From Lachnospiraceae bacterium (lineage in GTDB: Bacteria; Bacillota; Clostridia; Lachnospirales; Lachnospiraceae), in contig JALENY010000033.1 of the NCBI GenBank assembly GCA_022767285.1, positions 40,129-104,128 on the forward strand: a DNA stretch of 64,000 nt, read 5' to 3'. Position numbers and translations under genes: made by a program. The notes under the pieces were generated by a model. It saw nothing but the letters and a program-made list of their open reading frames with translations, made no database searches and was not told where the DNA came from. This document shows positions 39,047 to 48,451 of the stretch, piece by piece; position 1 is the first letter of the stretch; every line of letters starts with the position of its first letter.

Positions 39047-39151
39047 AAATGCTGGAAGTTCGGGATTTTTTTTGACAAGGAAAAATGGATATGGTACACT
39101 GTACTATAACTATAAGTATGTCAAGATCAATTTATTTTAGAGGTGAGTATA

Positions 39152-41965
39152 GTGGATAAAGCGGAGTATCGCGAGAAACTTGATGAGATAAAAGAGTTAG
39201 CGGAAGCCGGCGATTTCGACACGGCTGCGGACAGGGCGGATGACATAGAGTGGCGTCGTGTAAAAAGTGCGCGGACCTTATGTATGGTTGGAGAAATATA
39301 TGAAAGAGTAGACCGGTTGGAAGACTGCAGAAAAATACTTGAGATTGCTTACAAAAGATCTCCTGACAGCAAGACCGTTCTGTATCGGCTTTCAGAACTG
39401 TGCATCAGGTTGGGTGATTTCGATGCGGCACTGGATTATTTTACGGAATTTACGGAAGTCTCGCCTACGGACAATTCAAAATATATTTTGAAATATAAAC
39501 TGTATCGTGCGAGAAAATCACCCATTGAGGACCAGATTGAGATCCTTGAACGGTACAAAGAGGGGGAATTTACTGAGCACTGGTCCTATGAGCTGGCAAA
39601 GCTGTACAGTCAGGCCGGCAATAAAGAAAAATGTATTGAAGTATGTGATGATATTATTTTATGGTTTGGCGAAGGAAAATATGTAACCAAAGCCATGGAA
39701 TTAAAGATGCAGTATACGGCGCTTTCACCATCACAGCAGATAAAATATCAGGAGAGCGTGAAAAAAGCGCGGGCTGTTTCCAATACACAGTCATATTCCA
39801 GAACAGCGGCATCCGTTTCAAAGTCAGCTCCTGAATATGAGCAGGAAAAGCCGACTATTCGCACGGAGCAGGCAATTGAAAAAATGGATATGGCTGCAAG
39901 TACTGCAGTTTCGGAAGAATCCGGATTGAAAATGCCTTATACCGGTACGATCAGCCGGGACAAAATGGCAGACCCGGTACGAATGCAGAACCAGCTGGCT
40001 GACAGTATCCGACAGGTATTTTCCGGATTGAATCAGAGAGGTACGGTCCCGGAAGCGGAGACTTTTGAATTCGCGGAAGAAACCGATGCGGTCAGAGAAT
40101 ACAAACCCATCCGGGAAGATCTGTCAGGTCTTGAAGTAAAGGATCTGGAACCGGAGCAGCTGAACACAGAACAGACTTATGCAACCGAGGTGTCACGGGC
40201 TGTTGTGAAAAAAACTCCTGCAGATAACGGCCAGATTGCAGGCCAGATGAGCCTGAACGATTTTGCAAAACCTGCAGATGAGATCGATCTGGAAGCATTG
40301 TTTGCTGAGACAAGCAGTATGCTGGCAAAAGAAGTGGCTTCCGGAGGATTTGTAAAAACGGATGATTCATTAGAAAATAAATTGGGTGCAGAAGATGCAG
40401 CGACTCGGAAAGCGGCGGAGGAAGAAGCGGCTCGGAAGGCAGCAGAGGCAGCTCAGAAAGCTGCGGAAGAAGAAGCAGCCAGAAGAGCGCAGGAAGAAGC
40501 TGCACGCAAAGCCGCTGAGGAGGAAGCCCAGAGAGCAGAGGAAGAGACACAAAGAGCCTTGGAAGAGGCGGCCAGAAGAGTTCAGGAAGAATTTGCACGC
40601 CAGGCAGAAGAAGAGGAAGAGGCTCAGAGAGTGGCAGAGGTACGCAGAGCGACCGAAGAGAATGCCTGCGGAGCAGCGGAAGAAGCAGAGTGTGAGGTCC
40701 CGGAAGAGGTTCTTCTTTATGCGAAAGAGACAGACGAAACACTGGGACTTACAAGGGAATTTAATTTCCGGGATGAACTGGAAAAAACCAGAAAAGCAGA
40801 AGATGCCAAAAAAGCGCAAGAAACCGAAGACAGCCTGTTTGAGGCAGAGCTTGCCAGAGTTGTTGCAGAACTGCAGAAAAACAATCTGGAGGAGAAGCCC
40901 GAAGAAGATTTCAGTGATTATATGTCCGAGGATATACCGGATGCCGGAGAAGTTACTGCTTATGCAGAGGAGGCGCCTATTGTTGAGCAGGCAGTTACTA
41001 TAGAAGAGAATTCCCCGATTCCAGATATGGCAGTTTCGGATGAAGACACGGCAATAATTGATGAAGTTTCAGAGTTTGAAGTTCCGCAGGAAGAACCTCA
41101 GAAGACAAGAGATCTTTCAGACCTGGATGAAGTTCTGAACCGCATTTCCATTGATCCGGATGAGCCGAAGCGCCTGAAATATGTTCCGGTGGAGCCGCGC
41201 CCCCTGGATGAAAAAGAAAAGAGAATCTTCTCCTATTTTTCGACGATTCCGGGTATGAGCCAGCAGATTACGGAAGCACTTGCCGATGTACATAACAATG
41301 CAGGTGATAAAACTTCCCGAAGCGGCAATATCCTTCTGATTGGCAGACAGGGATCCGGAAAAACGAGACTTTGTGATGCCATTGTTCTGGCAGTCTGCAA
41401 GGATCTGGGAATTGAAGCTGCAAAAGTAGCGAAGGTGATCGGACGGTACTTTAATCAAAAAGATCCGGCGGCGGTAGTATCAAAACTTTCCGGTGGTTTC
41501 CTGATTATTGAGGGTGCCGGAGAACTGACAAAAGATACGGCGGCAAAACTGTCACAGGCGATGGAATTCCGTACGGACAGTCTGGTGGTCATGCTGGAAG
41601 ATGAAAAGCAGGATCTGAAAAATATGCTGGCAAAGAATCCGGAGCTGGCAGAGAAATTCACATCGTCTATTACGATTCCGGTCTTTACAAACGATGAGCT
41701 GGTAACATTTGCAAAAACATATGCGAATGAAATGGGATATAAGATGGATGAGATGGCGGTTCTTGCGCTTTACACGCTGATTGGAGATAATCAGAAGGAT
41801 TCTGAGCCGGTTACCGTTGGAAAAGTAAAGATGATGGTGGATAAAGGAATTGAGCGGGCCAACAAAGGCACGAGAAAGTTCGGCCGAAAATTATCCAAGA
41901 AAGCTATGGATGATGACAACCGCATTATTCTTTACGAAAAAGACTTTGATTTTGAAATTGTTTGA
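39152..41965 (+). CDS. TPR / Glu-Ala-rich coiled-coil / C-terminal CbbX-SpoVK-like AAA+ domain protein
   Basis: N-terminal TPR-like repeats and a central (E/A/R/K)-rich repeat of about 120 aa. The C-terminal Walker A is GRQGSGKT. The Walker B position reads GGFLIIEGAG. The SD AGAGGTGA lies 7 nt before the GTG at 39152, and 39143 is an alternative start. Confidence 0.75.
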   Translation: MDKAEYREKLDEIKELAEAGDFDTAADRADDIEWRRVKSARTLCMVGEIYERVDRLEDCRKILEIAYKRSPDSKTVLYRLSELCIRLGDFDAALDYFTEFTEVSPTDNSKYILKYKLYRARKSPIEDQIEILERYKEGEFTEHWSYELAKLYSQAGNKEKCIEVCDDIILWFGEGKYVTKAMELKMQYTALSPSQQIKYQESVKKARAVSNTQSYSRTAASVSKSAPEYEQEKPTIRTEQAIEKMDMAASTAVSEESGLKMPYTGTISRDKMADPVRMQNQLADSIRQVFSGLNQRGTVPEAETFEFAEETDAVREYKPIREDLSGLEVKDLEPEQLNTEQTYATEVSRAVVKKTPADNGQIAGQMSLNDFAKPADEIDLEALFAETSSMLAKEVASGGFVKTDDSLENKLGAEDAATRKAAEEEAARKAAEAAQKAAEEEAARRAQEEAARKAAEEEAQRAEEETQRALEEAARRVQEEFARQAEEEEEAQRVAEVRRATEENACGAAEEAECEVPEEVLLYAKETDETLGLTREFNFRDELEKTRKAEDAKKAQETEDSLFEAELARVVAELQKNNLEEKPEEDFSDYMSEDIPDAGEVTAYAEEAPIVEQAVTIEENSPIPDMAVSDEDTAIIDEVSEFEVPQEEPQKTRDLSDLDEVLNRISIDPDEPKRLKYVPVEPRPLDEKEKRIFSYFSTIPGMSQQITEALADVHNNAGDKTSRSGNILLIGRQGSGKTRLCDAIVLAVCKDLGIEAAKVAKVIGRYFNQKDPAAVVSKLSGGFLIIEGAGELTKDTAAKLSQAMEFRTDSLVVMLEDEKQDLKNMLAKNPELAEKFTSSITIPVFTNDELVTFAKTYANEMGYKMDEMAVLALYTLIGDNQKDSEPVTVGKVKMMVDKGIERANKGTRKFGRKLSKKAMDDDNRIILYEKDFDFEIV

Positions 41966-41975
41966 GGAGACTTTT

Positions 41976-42842
41976 ATGACAGAACCTTATTTGGGAAACC
42001 CGCAGGAAACCATTGCGGTGCTCCAAAAGTACGATTTTGTCTTCCAGAAAAAGTTTGGTCAGAATTTTTTGATTGATACGCATGTGCTGGACAAAATTGT
42101 CCGTGCTGCGGAAATTACAAAGGATGACGTTGTATTGGAGATTGGGCCAGGGATCGGAACCCTGACCCAATATCTTGCTTATGGGGCAAAAGAAGTTATT
42201 GCGGTTGAGATTGACAAAGCACTGATCCCCATTCTGGAAGATACTCTGAGTGCATATGACAATGTGACCATCTTGAATGAAGACATTTTAAAAGTGGATA
42301 TTAACCGGCTGGTGACGGAGAAAAATCAGGGCCGTCCCATAAAAGTTGTGGCAAATCTGCCCTATTACATTACGACACCGATCATCATGAACCTGTTTGA
42401 GAATCATGTGCCGGTGGACTCCATCACAGTCATGGTACAAAAGGAAGTGGCGGACCGCATGCAGACCGGCCCGGGCAGTAAGGATTACGGCGCCCTCTCA
42501 CTGGCAGTCCAGTATTATGCCGAACCATATATTGTAGCCAATGTCCCTCAGAATTGCTTTATGCCGCGGCCGAAGATCGGAAGTGCGGTCATCCGACTGA
42601 AACGGTATGACAGGCCGGCTGTGGAAGTCAAAGATGAAAAACTGATGTTTCAGCTGATTCGGGCATCTTTTAATCAAAGAAGAAAAACACTTGCCAACGG
42701 AATAAAGAATTATTCCGGCCTGTCTTTTTCCAAGGAAACCGTTGAGCAGGCTATTGAAAGCTGTGGATTTCCTCTGACTGTGCGCGGAGAGGCACTGACG
42801 CTGGAGGATTTTGCAAAACTGGCAAATGCATTGGCGGAGTAA
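41976..42842 (+). CDS. rsmA: 16S rRNA (adenine1518/1519-N6)-dimethyltransferase
   Basis: KKFGQNFL, VLEIGPGIGTLT and NLPYYITTPI. A GAGGAG RBS is present. Confidence 0.92.
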   Translation: MTEPYLGNPQETIAVLQKYDFVFQKKFGQNFLIDTHVLDKIVRAAEITKDDVVLEIGPGIGTLTQYLAYGAKEVIAVEIDKALIPILEDTLSAYDNVTILNEDILKVDINRLVTEKNQGRPIKVVANLPYYITTPIIMNLFENHVPVDSITVMVQKEVADRMQTGPGSKDYGALSLAVQYYAEPYIVANVPQNCFMPRPKIGSAVIRLKRYDRPAVEVKDEKLMFQLIRASFNQRRKTLANGIKNYSGLSFSKETVEQAIESCGFPLTVRGEALTLEDFAKLANALAE

Positions 42843-43004
42843 TTTTAATAATTTTTTAACAAGACATTCCTGAGTATGAGTGCTATACTGGGCGTGTGAC
42901 AATACTGAGAAATAATAAGAAGACTGAAAATGTCTGTATAGCGAGCCATGGCGTTCATGGTATGCAGACAACAGCCGTACACTGAAAGAAAAGGGGTAAT
43001 ATAC

Positions 43005-43913
43005 ATGAATAAGAAAATTACAGCAGGAATTTTATGTGCTGCAGTGATGGCTGCTGCAGTATTAACACCAGTCACTGCATTGGCAGACCGTGTGGAGGAG
43101 AAACCATATCTGTCTCTGGGAGCAGACCTGAATGATCAGGAAAAAGCAACCGTTCTGGAATTGCTTGAAATTGAAGAAGGCAGCCTGGACAATTATGATG
43201 TTTATGAAGTTACGAATCAGCAGGAATATGATTATCTGGGCAGCTATATGGATGCAAGCCTCATCGGTGACCGGGCACTCTCCTCAGTTAAAGTGACCGG
43301 AAAAGAATCCGGATACGGGATTCAGGTAGAGACACACAACATCACATATTGTACCGAGGGCATGTATCAGAATGCACTGGCTACAGCCGGAATGAAGGAT
43401 GCAGAGGTAATTGTGGCAGGCCCTTATGGAATCACAGGAACAGCAGCTCTGGTAGGTGCCATGGAGGCATATGGAAGAATGACCGGTAACGTAATCGAAC
43501 CGGAACTGGCTGATGGAGCCACTAATGAGCTGATCGTAACCAGCGGTCTGGCAGAGAGCATCGGTGATCCGGAAAAAGCGGAGGAGCTGATTGCTGCGGT
43601 AAAAGAGATTATTGTTGCTAATGAATACACAGATCCGGAAGAAATCGAAAATGTAATTAATGATGTTGCAAACAAACTGGAGATTTCACTCAGCGAAGAA
43701 GACCGCCAGCTGATACGCCAGCTGATGGAAAAACTGAGCAGCCTGGATCTGAATCTGGAAAGTATCAAAGAACAGGCCAGCGCTCTTTATGACCGAATTT
43801 CCGGTCTGGATCTGAGCGAATACGGTATTACGGAGGAAGCCGTACAGGGATTTTTTGCAAAGATCGGCCAGTTTTTCAGTGACCTGATCGAACAGATCAA
43901 GAGCCTGTTTTAG
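43005..43913 (+). CDS. Secreted protein (resembles the DUF1002 family)
   Basis: A signal peptide (MNKKITAGILCAAVMAAAVLTPVTALA) followed by YLSLGADLNDQEKATVLELL. Confidence 0.65.
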   Translation: MNKKITAGILCAAVMAAAVLTPVTALADRVEEKPYLSLGADLNDQEKATVLELLEIEEGSLDNYDVYEVTNQQEYDYLGSYMDASLIGDRALSSVKVTGKESGYGIQVETHNITYCTEGMYQNALATAGMKDAEVIVAGPYGITGTAALVGAMEAYGRMTGNVIEPELADGATNELIVTSGLAESIGDPEKAEELIAAVKEIIVANEYTDPEEIENVINDVANKLEISLSEEDRQLIRQLMEKLSSLDLNLESIKEQASALYDRISGLDLSEYGITEEAVQGFFAKIGQFFSDLIEQIKSLF

Positions 43914-43925
43914 GAGGACCATCGT

Positions 43926-45206
43926 ATGGGAATGAATCAGACACCGGCTGCGGAGCGGCTGCACATCGCTTTTTTTGGAAAGAGAAATTCTGGAAAATCC
44001 AGTATAATCAATGCTGTGACCGGTCAGAATCTGGCAATCGTATCGGATGTGTTGGGAACAACCACCGATCCGGTGTACAAAACCATGGAATTGCTGCCGG
44101 TGGGTCCGGTGATGCTGATTGATACCCCTGGGATTGATGATGACGGAGAACTTGGAGCTCTCCGGGTTCGAAAAAGCTATCAGGTACTGAATAAGACGGA
44201 TGTGGCGATTCTTGTGGTCGACGGACAAAAGGGGCTGGCTGCGGAAGACGAAAAACTGATTCAGCGTTTTCAGGAAAAAAAGATTCCTTATCTGGTCGCG
44301 TTTAACAAGTCGGATCTGCTGAGCAAAGACGGAGGAGTTCCCGTCGGTGCTGAAAACGTGCTGCTCACAGGTATAAAGCCCGATTTGCATCTTATGGAGA
44401 AAAGCACTCGGCCCGAAAACAGATACATTTGGGTCAGCGCAAAAGAGAAAACAAACATTTGGGAATTGAAGGAGCAAATAGCTGCTCTCGGAGTAAAAGA
44501 GGAAAATCCAAAGCGTATTGTGGCAGATTTGCTGGAACCGTCGGATCTGGTGATACTGGTGATTCCTATTGACAAGGCTGCCCCCAAGGGACGTCTCATT
44601 CTGCCTCAGCAGCAGACCATCCGCGATATTCTGGATGCGGATGCAGTGTCGGTTGTAGTGAAAGAAAATGAATTGAAAAATACTTTGTCTGTTTTGGGGA
44701 AGAAGCCGAAGCTGGTGATTACCGACAGCCAGGTATTTGGAAAAGTCAGTGCTGATACGCCGTCAGATATTATGCTCACATCATTTTCCATTTTATTTGC
44801 CCGTTACAAGGGAAATCTGGATACACTGGTTCGGGGAGTTTCTGCACTGGATCAGATTCGAGATGGGGATCGGATACTGATTGCAGAGGGATGTACGCAC
44901 CACAGGCAGTGTGATGACATCGGGACAGTGAAATTGCCGCGGTGGATTGAAAATTACACAGGTGCAAAGCCGGAATATGTCTTTACATCCGGAACGGAAT
45001 TCCCGGAGGATCTGACACCATATCGTATGATCATCCATTGTGGCGGCTGTATGCTGAATGAAAGAGAAATGAAATACCGGATTGTCTGCGCACAGGAACA
45101 GGGAATACCGATTACAAACTATGGTACACTGATTGCGCATTTGAACGGTATTTTGAAGAGAAGCCTTGCACCGTTTCCACAAATTGCACAGGGACTGGCT
45201 TTATAA
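43926..45206 (+). CDS. hydF: [FeFe]-hydrogenase H-cluster maturation GTPase
   Basis: GTPase motifs GKRNSGKSS, DTPG and NKSD. The C-terminal FeS-binding Cys motifs are CTHHRQCDD and HCGGC. Confidence 0.85.
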   Translation: MGMNQTPAAERLHIAFFGKRNSGKSSIINAVTGQNLAIVSDVLGTTTDPVYKTMELLPVGPVMLIDTPGIDDDGELGALRVRKSYQVLNKTDVAILVVDGQKGLAAEDEKLIQRFQEKKIPYLVAFNKSDLLSKDGGVPVGAENVLLTGIKPDLHLMEKSTRPENRYIWVSAKEKTNIWELKEQIAALGVKEENPKRIVADLLEPSDLVILVIPIDKAAPKGRLILPQQQTIRDILDADAVSVVVKENELKNTLSVLGKKPKLVITDSQVFGKVSADTPSDIMLTSFSILFARYKGNLDTLVRGVSALDQIRDGDRILIAEGCTHHRQCDDIGTVKLPRWIENYTGAKPEYVFTSGTEFPEDLTPYRMIIHCGGCMLNEREMKYRIVCAQEQGIPITNYGTLIAHLNGILKRSLAPFPQIAQGLAL

Positions 45207-45611
45207 TGAGAAAAAATAATTGTGAAAATTAACAAAAAATTTTTAAAAATAAATCACATTTTGTACAAAATCATAATTATTTACAATTTGTTCATGAATT
45301 GTTCATAATTGATTGCTATGATATAAATAGTTCAAAAAGGACTACCAAAGTAAATCAAATGTGATGAAAATCACATACAAAATTTTTTCATAATAATTGC
45401 CCCGGTATGAAAATATCGGGGCACTCCTCATTTATTGAGGTCTTTATCAAAAAAAGTACACGATAAGTGCGTCAATATGGTATAATAGGAGCACTTGATG
45501 AATCAGAGGCGCAGCCGAAAGATGAATTTAGAGACCATGATACAGGATTCGCGAATAGGATGAAGCAAAATGGGATCGTGGGATATAGACGAATGTATGA
45601 GGAGGAAAGAA

Positions 45612-46667
45612 ATGAAAAAGATATTAAATCACATTTTTGTAGATGGCCTGAGTGGAATGGCATCCGGTTTGTTTGCAACGCTGATTATCGGAACGATCAT
45701 ACAGCAGATTGGACTTTTGGTTGGAGGTGCAGCAGGCGGATATTTGGTAAGCTTTGCGAAAATTGCATCAGCTATGACCGGTGCGGGAATCGGTGTTGGT
45801 GTTGCAAGTAAGTTTAAATCCAGTGTACTTGTCACAGTATCCGCTGCCTCTGCCGGTATGGTTGGAGCGTTTGCCGGTAAAATCCTGGCGGGAAGCGTCT
45901 TTACCGAAGGCGGTGTGCTTTTATCCGGTCCGGGTGAACCGCTGGGAGCTTTTGTGGCAGCTATGGTGGCGATTGAGATTGGCCGTCTGATATCCGGAAA
46001 AACAAAACTGGATATTCTCTTGACACCGTTTATCAGCATCCTGTCCGGCTCTGCGGTTGGTATGATCGTGGGACCTCCAATCAGTCAGTTTATGACCTGG
46101 CTGGGTTCTCTGATCAACTGGGGAACGGAACAGCAGCCATTTTTAATGGGAATTGTAGTATCCGTGCTGATGGGCATGATTCTGACTCTTCCGATCAGTT
46201 CGGCGGCCCTGGGAATTATTCTGAATCTGTCCGGACTGGCTGCAGGAGCTGCTACCATTGGCTGCTGCTGCAATATGATCGGCTTTGCTGTGGCCAGCTT
46301 TAAGGAAAATGGTTTTGGCGGACTTCTCGCCCAGGGACTTGGAACTTCCATGCTTCAGGTGCCTAACATTGTGCGCAGACCGCTGATCTGGCTTCCGGCC
46401 ATTATTTCCTCGGCAATCCTGGGACCGGTCGGTACAATGGTATTTAAAATGACAAATACAGCTACCGGCTCCGGTATGGGAACGGCAGGCCTTGTCGGTC
46501 AGATCACAACGTTCCAGGATATGAGCAGTTATATGGATCCGACGCTGGTGTTGGTTTTCATTGCGGTTATGCATTTTATTCTGCCTGGAGTTCTGGCCTA
46601 TGGTGTCAATCTGGTAATGCGGAAAATGCGCTGGATCAAAGACGGCGATATGAAATTGGAAATGTAA
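45612..46667 (+). CDS. Stand-alone PTS EIIC-like membrane protein (PTS_EIIC_2-type)
   Basis: A Gly-rich polytopic protein: ILNHIFVDGLSGMASGLFATLIIGTI... An AGGAGG RBS is present. No EIIA or EIIB gene is adjacent. Confidence 0.65.
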   Translation: MKKILNHIFVDGLSGMASGLFATLIIGTIIQQIGLLVGGAAGGYLVSFAKIASAMTGAGIGVGVASKFKSSVLVTVSAASAGMVGAFAGKILAGSVFTEGGVLLSGPGEPLGAFVAAMVAIEIGRLISGKTKLDILLTPFISILSGSAVGMIVGPPISQFMTWLGSLINWGTEQQPFLMGIVVSVLMGMILTLPISSAALGIILNLSGLAAGAATIGCCCNMIGFAVASFKENGFGGLLAQGLGTSMLQVPNIVRRPLIWLPAIISSAILGPVGTMVFKMTNTATGSGMGTAGLVGQITTFQDMSSYMDPTLVLVFIAVMHFILPGVLAYGVNLVMRKMRWIKDGDMKLEM

Positions 46668-46727
46668 CCTGTTAAATAGAAAACAGGTTTGCGATGGCTG
46701 CGCAGGCAGTCAGGAAAGAGGTATCTT

Positions 46728-47255
46728 ATGGAAACTGGATGTGTTCATATTTACTGCGGGGATGGAAAAGGAAAAACCACAACAGGAATGGGCCTGTGTA
46801 CCAGAGCGGCAGGTTATGGTTATAAAGTATTAATTTATCAGTTTATGAAAAATAACAGAACCAGCGAGCGGAAAATACTGGAACAGGTACCGAATATTAC
46901 TTTTGTGGACGGCCTTGAGACTGAAAAATTTTCTTTTTGCATGACAGAGGAAGAAAAAGAGGAGCGAAGAGCATACTATTTGGAACAGTTTCGCTTTATT
47001 ACGGAAAAAGCGGAAAATGAGGGGTACCAGGTGCTTTTTATGGATGAATTGATTTATACCATAAGAGCAGGTCTCTTTGATGAGAAAGTGCTGGTGGATT
47101 ATCTCAAAAGAAAGCCTGAGTATCTGGAAATCATTCTGACCGGGCAGAATCCGGGCCAGGAACTTCTGAAACTGGCTGATTATGTATCAGAAATTCGCAA
47201 AATAAAACATCCCTATGACCGGGGTTTAAAATCCAGAATGGGGATTGAGAAGTGA
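46728..47255 (+). CDS. cobO: Cob(I)yrinic acid a,c-diamide / cob(I)alamin adenosyltransferase (CobA/CobO/BtuR family)
   Basis: VHIYCGDGKGKTTTGMGLCTRAAGYGYKVLIYQFMK is a P-loop. DELIY and HPYDRG are also present. Confidence 0.85.
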   Translation: METGCVHIYCGDGKGKTTTGMGLCTRAAGYGYKVLIYQFMKNNRTSERKILEQVPNITFVDGLETEKFSFCMTEEEKEERRAYYLEQFRFITEKAENEGYQVLFMDELIYTIRAGLFDEKVLVDYLKRKPEYLEIILTGQNPGQELLKLADYVSEIRKIKHPYDRGLKSRMGIEK

Positions 47256-47271
47256 AAACAGGAGAGTACGA

Positions 47272-47931
47272 ATGACAAATAGCAATTTACCGGATTTGGA
47301 TTACGAATCCATTGACAGCTGGGATACCCTGATTTTTTTGTATAATTCCGCTTTAAAGGAAGTAGGGACAAAAATAGAGATACTGAGTGATGAATTTCAG
47401 TATATTCACAAATACAATCCCATTGAGCATGTAAAGTCCAGAATAAAAAGTCCGAAAAGCATTGTGAGCAAACTAAGGCGGGACGGACGGGAGGCCACCC
47501 TGGAAAACATGGTGCGCTATGTCAATGATATAGCGGGAATCCGGATCATCTGTTCATTTACCTCCGATATTTACCGAATTGCGGATATGATAGCGAAACA
47601 GAGCGATCTAAAGATTATTTCCCTGAAGGACTATATAAAAAATCCAAAAGAGAGTGGTTACAAAAGTTACCATATGATTCTGGCTGTGCCGATTTTTTTG
47701 TCGGATCACGTGGTGGATACGAAAGTTGAACTGCAGATCCGGACAGTTGCCCAGGATTTCTGGGCCAGTCTGGAACATAAAATATATTACAAATTCGAAG
47801 GGAATGCGCCGGAGCATATCAGTCGTGAGCTGAGAAACTGTGCCAAAATAGTAGCGAAACTGGATGAGAAAATGCTGTCTCTGAATGAGGAGATACATGC
47901 ATTGCCTGAAGAGAACACTGCGGAACTTTAG
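47272..47931 (+). CDS. Small alarmone synthetase (RelQ/RelP-like), second copy
   Basis: DIAGIRIICSF, YKSYHMIL and ELQIRTVAQDFWASLEH. Confidence 0.88.
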   Translation: MTNSNLPDLDYESIDSWDTLIFLYNSALKEVGTKIEILSDEFQYIHKYNPIEHVKSRIKSPKSIVSKLRRDGREATLENMVRYVNDIAGIRIICSFTSDIYRIADMIAKQSDLKIISLKDYIKNPKESGYKSYHMILAVPIFLSDHVVDTKVELQIRTVAQDFWASLEHKIYYKFEGNAPEHISRELRNCAKIVAKLDEKMLSLNEEIHALPEENTAEL

Positions 47932-47959
47932 AAAGCATTATGCGGAAAGGGATAGGAGA

Positions 47960-48394
47960 ATGAATCAGACGGAATATCAGCAGAATGAGATTATCTGGCA
48001 GGACAGAAAACATGTGATGTGGTTTCCAATTGGTTTTGAGAAATACACGGTAAGAAATGGACGTATTTACATTAACCGCGGCTTACTGACCACCGTTTCG
48101 GATCAGACTCTGCTGTATCGGATCACGGATATTCAGCTTCGCAGGACGCTGGGACAGAAAATATTCGGAACCGGTACAATTGTCCTGGTGTCAAAAGTGG
48201 ATGCAGATCACGAGATTGTATTGAAAAATATCAAAAATTCAGAAGATGTGGTAAATATGCTGTCTGACTTGATCGAACATGCCAGAAGATACAAAAACGT
48301 GGTCGGGAAAGAATTTTATAGCAGCGGCTGCGGACTGGATCATGATGGAGATTATGATATCGATTTTGAATTTGATGACGATGATAATTCGTGA
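47960..48394 (+). CDS. Bacterial PH-domain (DUF304/bPH_2-like) protein with acidic tail
   Basis: YTVRNGRIYINRGLLTTVSDQTLLYRITDIQLRRTLGQKIFGTGTIVL and a C-terminal DHDGDYDIDFEFDDDDNS. An AGGAGA RBS is present. Confidence 0.7.
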   Translation: MNQTEYQQNEIIWQDRKHVMWFPIGFEKYTVRNGRIYINRGLLTTVSDQTLLYRITDIQLRRTLGQKIFGTGTIVLVSKVDADHEIVLKNIKNSEDVVNMLSDLIEHARRYKNVVGKEFYSSGCGLDHDGDYDIDFEFDDDDNS

Positions 48395-48409
48395 TATGGC
48401 TGCGGTGAA

Positions 48410-48441
48410 GCAAAAAAGGCTGCTCTTGCAGCCTTTTTTGC
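48410..48441. terminator. Bidirectional terminator
   Basis: AAAAAAGGCTGC, TCTT loop, GCAGCCTTTTTT. Confidence 0.85.
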
Positions 48442-48451
48442 TATACGGATC

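Noticed and set aside
40092-41003. Three overlapping alternative-frame ORFs (216, 149 and 205 aa) in the middle of the TPR/AAA+ gene.
   Set aside because: They arise from the GAA/GCA/AGA-rich repetitive DNA encoding the Glu/Ala/Arg/Lys coiled coil. Their translations are pure low-complexity, and the main frame is continuous with clear domains on both sides.
45487-45611. Second cobalamin riboswitch ahead of the EIIC-like/cobO operon.
   Set aside because: There is no B12 box (AGCCAGGAGACCTGCC-like), no GGTGAAA/AGGGAA core and no convincing multi-helix fold.
47272-48394. Possible toxSAS toxin-antitoxin pair (small alarmone synthetase plus a small downstream protein).
   Set aside because: The SAS reads like a housekeeping RelQ/RelP enzyme. 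It sits in a four-gene operon with metabolic genes. The downstream PH-domain protein does not resemble the known toxSAS antitoxin types that I recall. There is no mobile or defence context.
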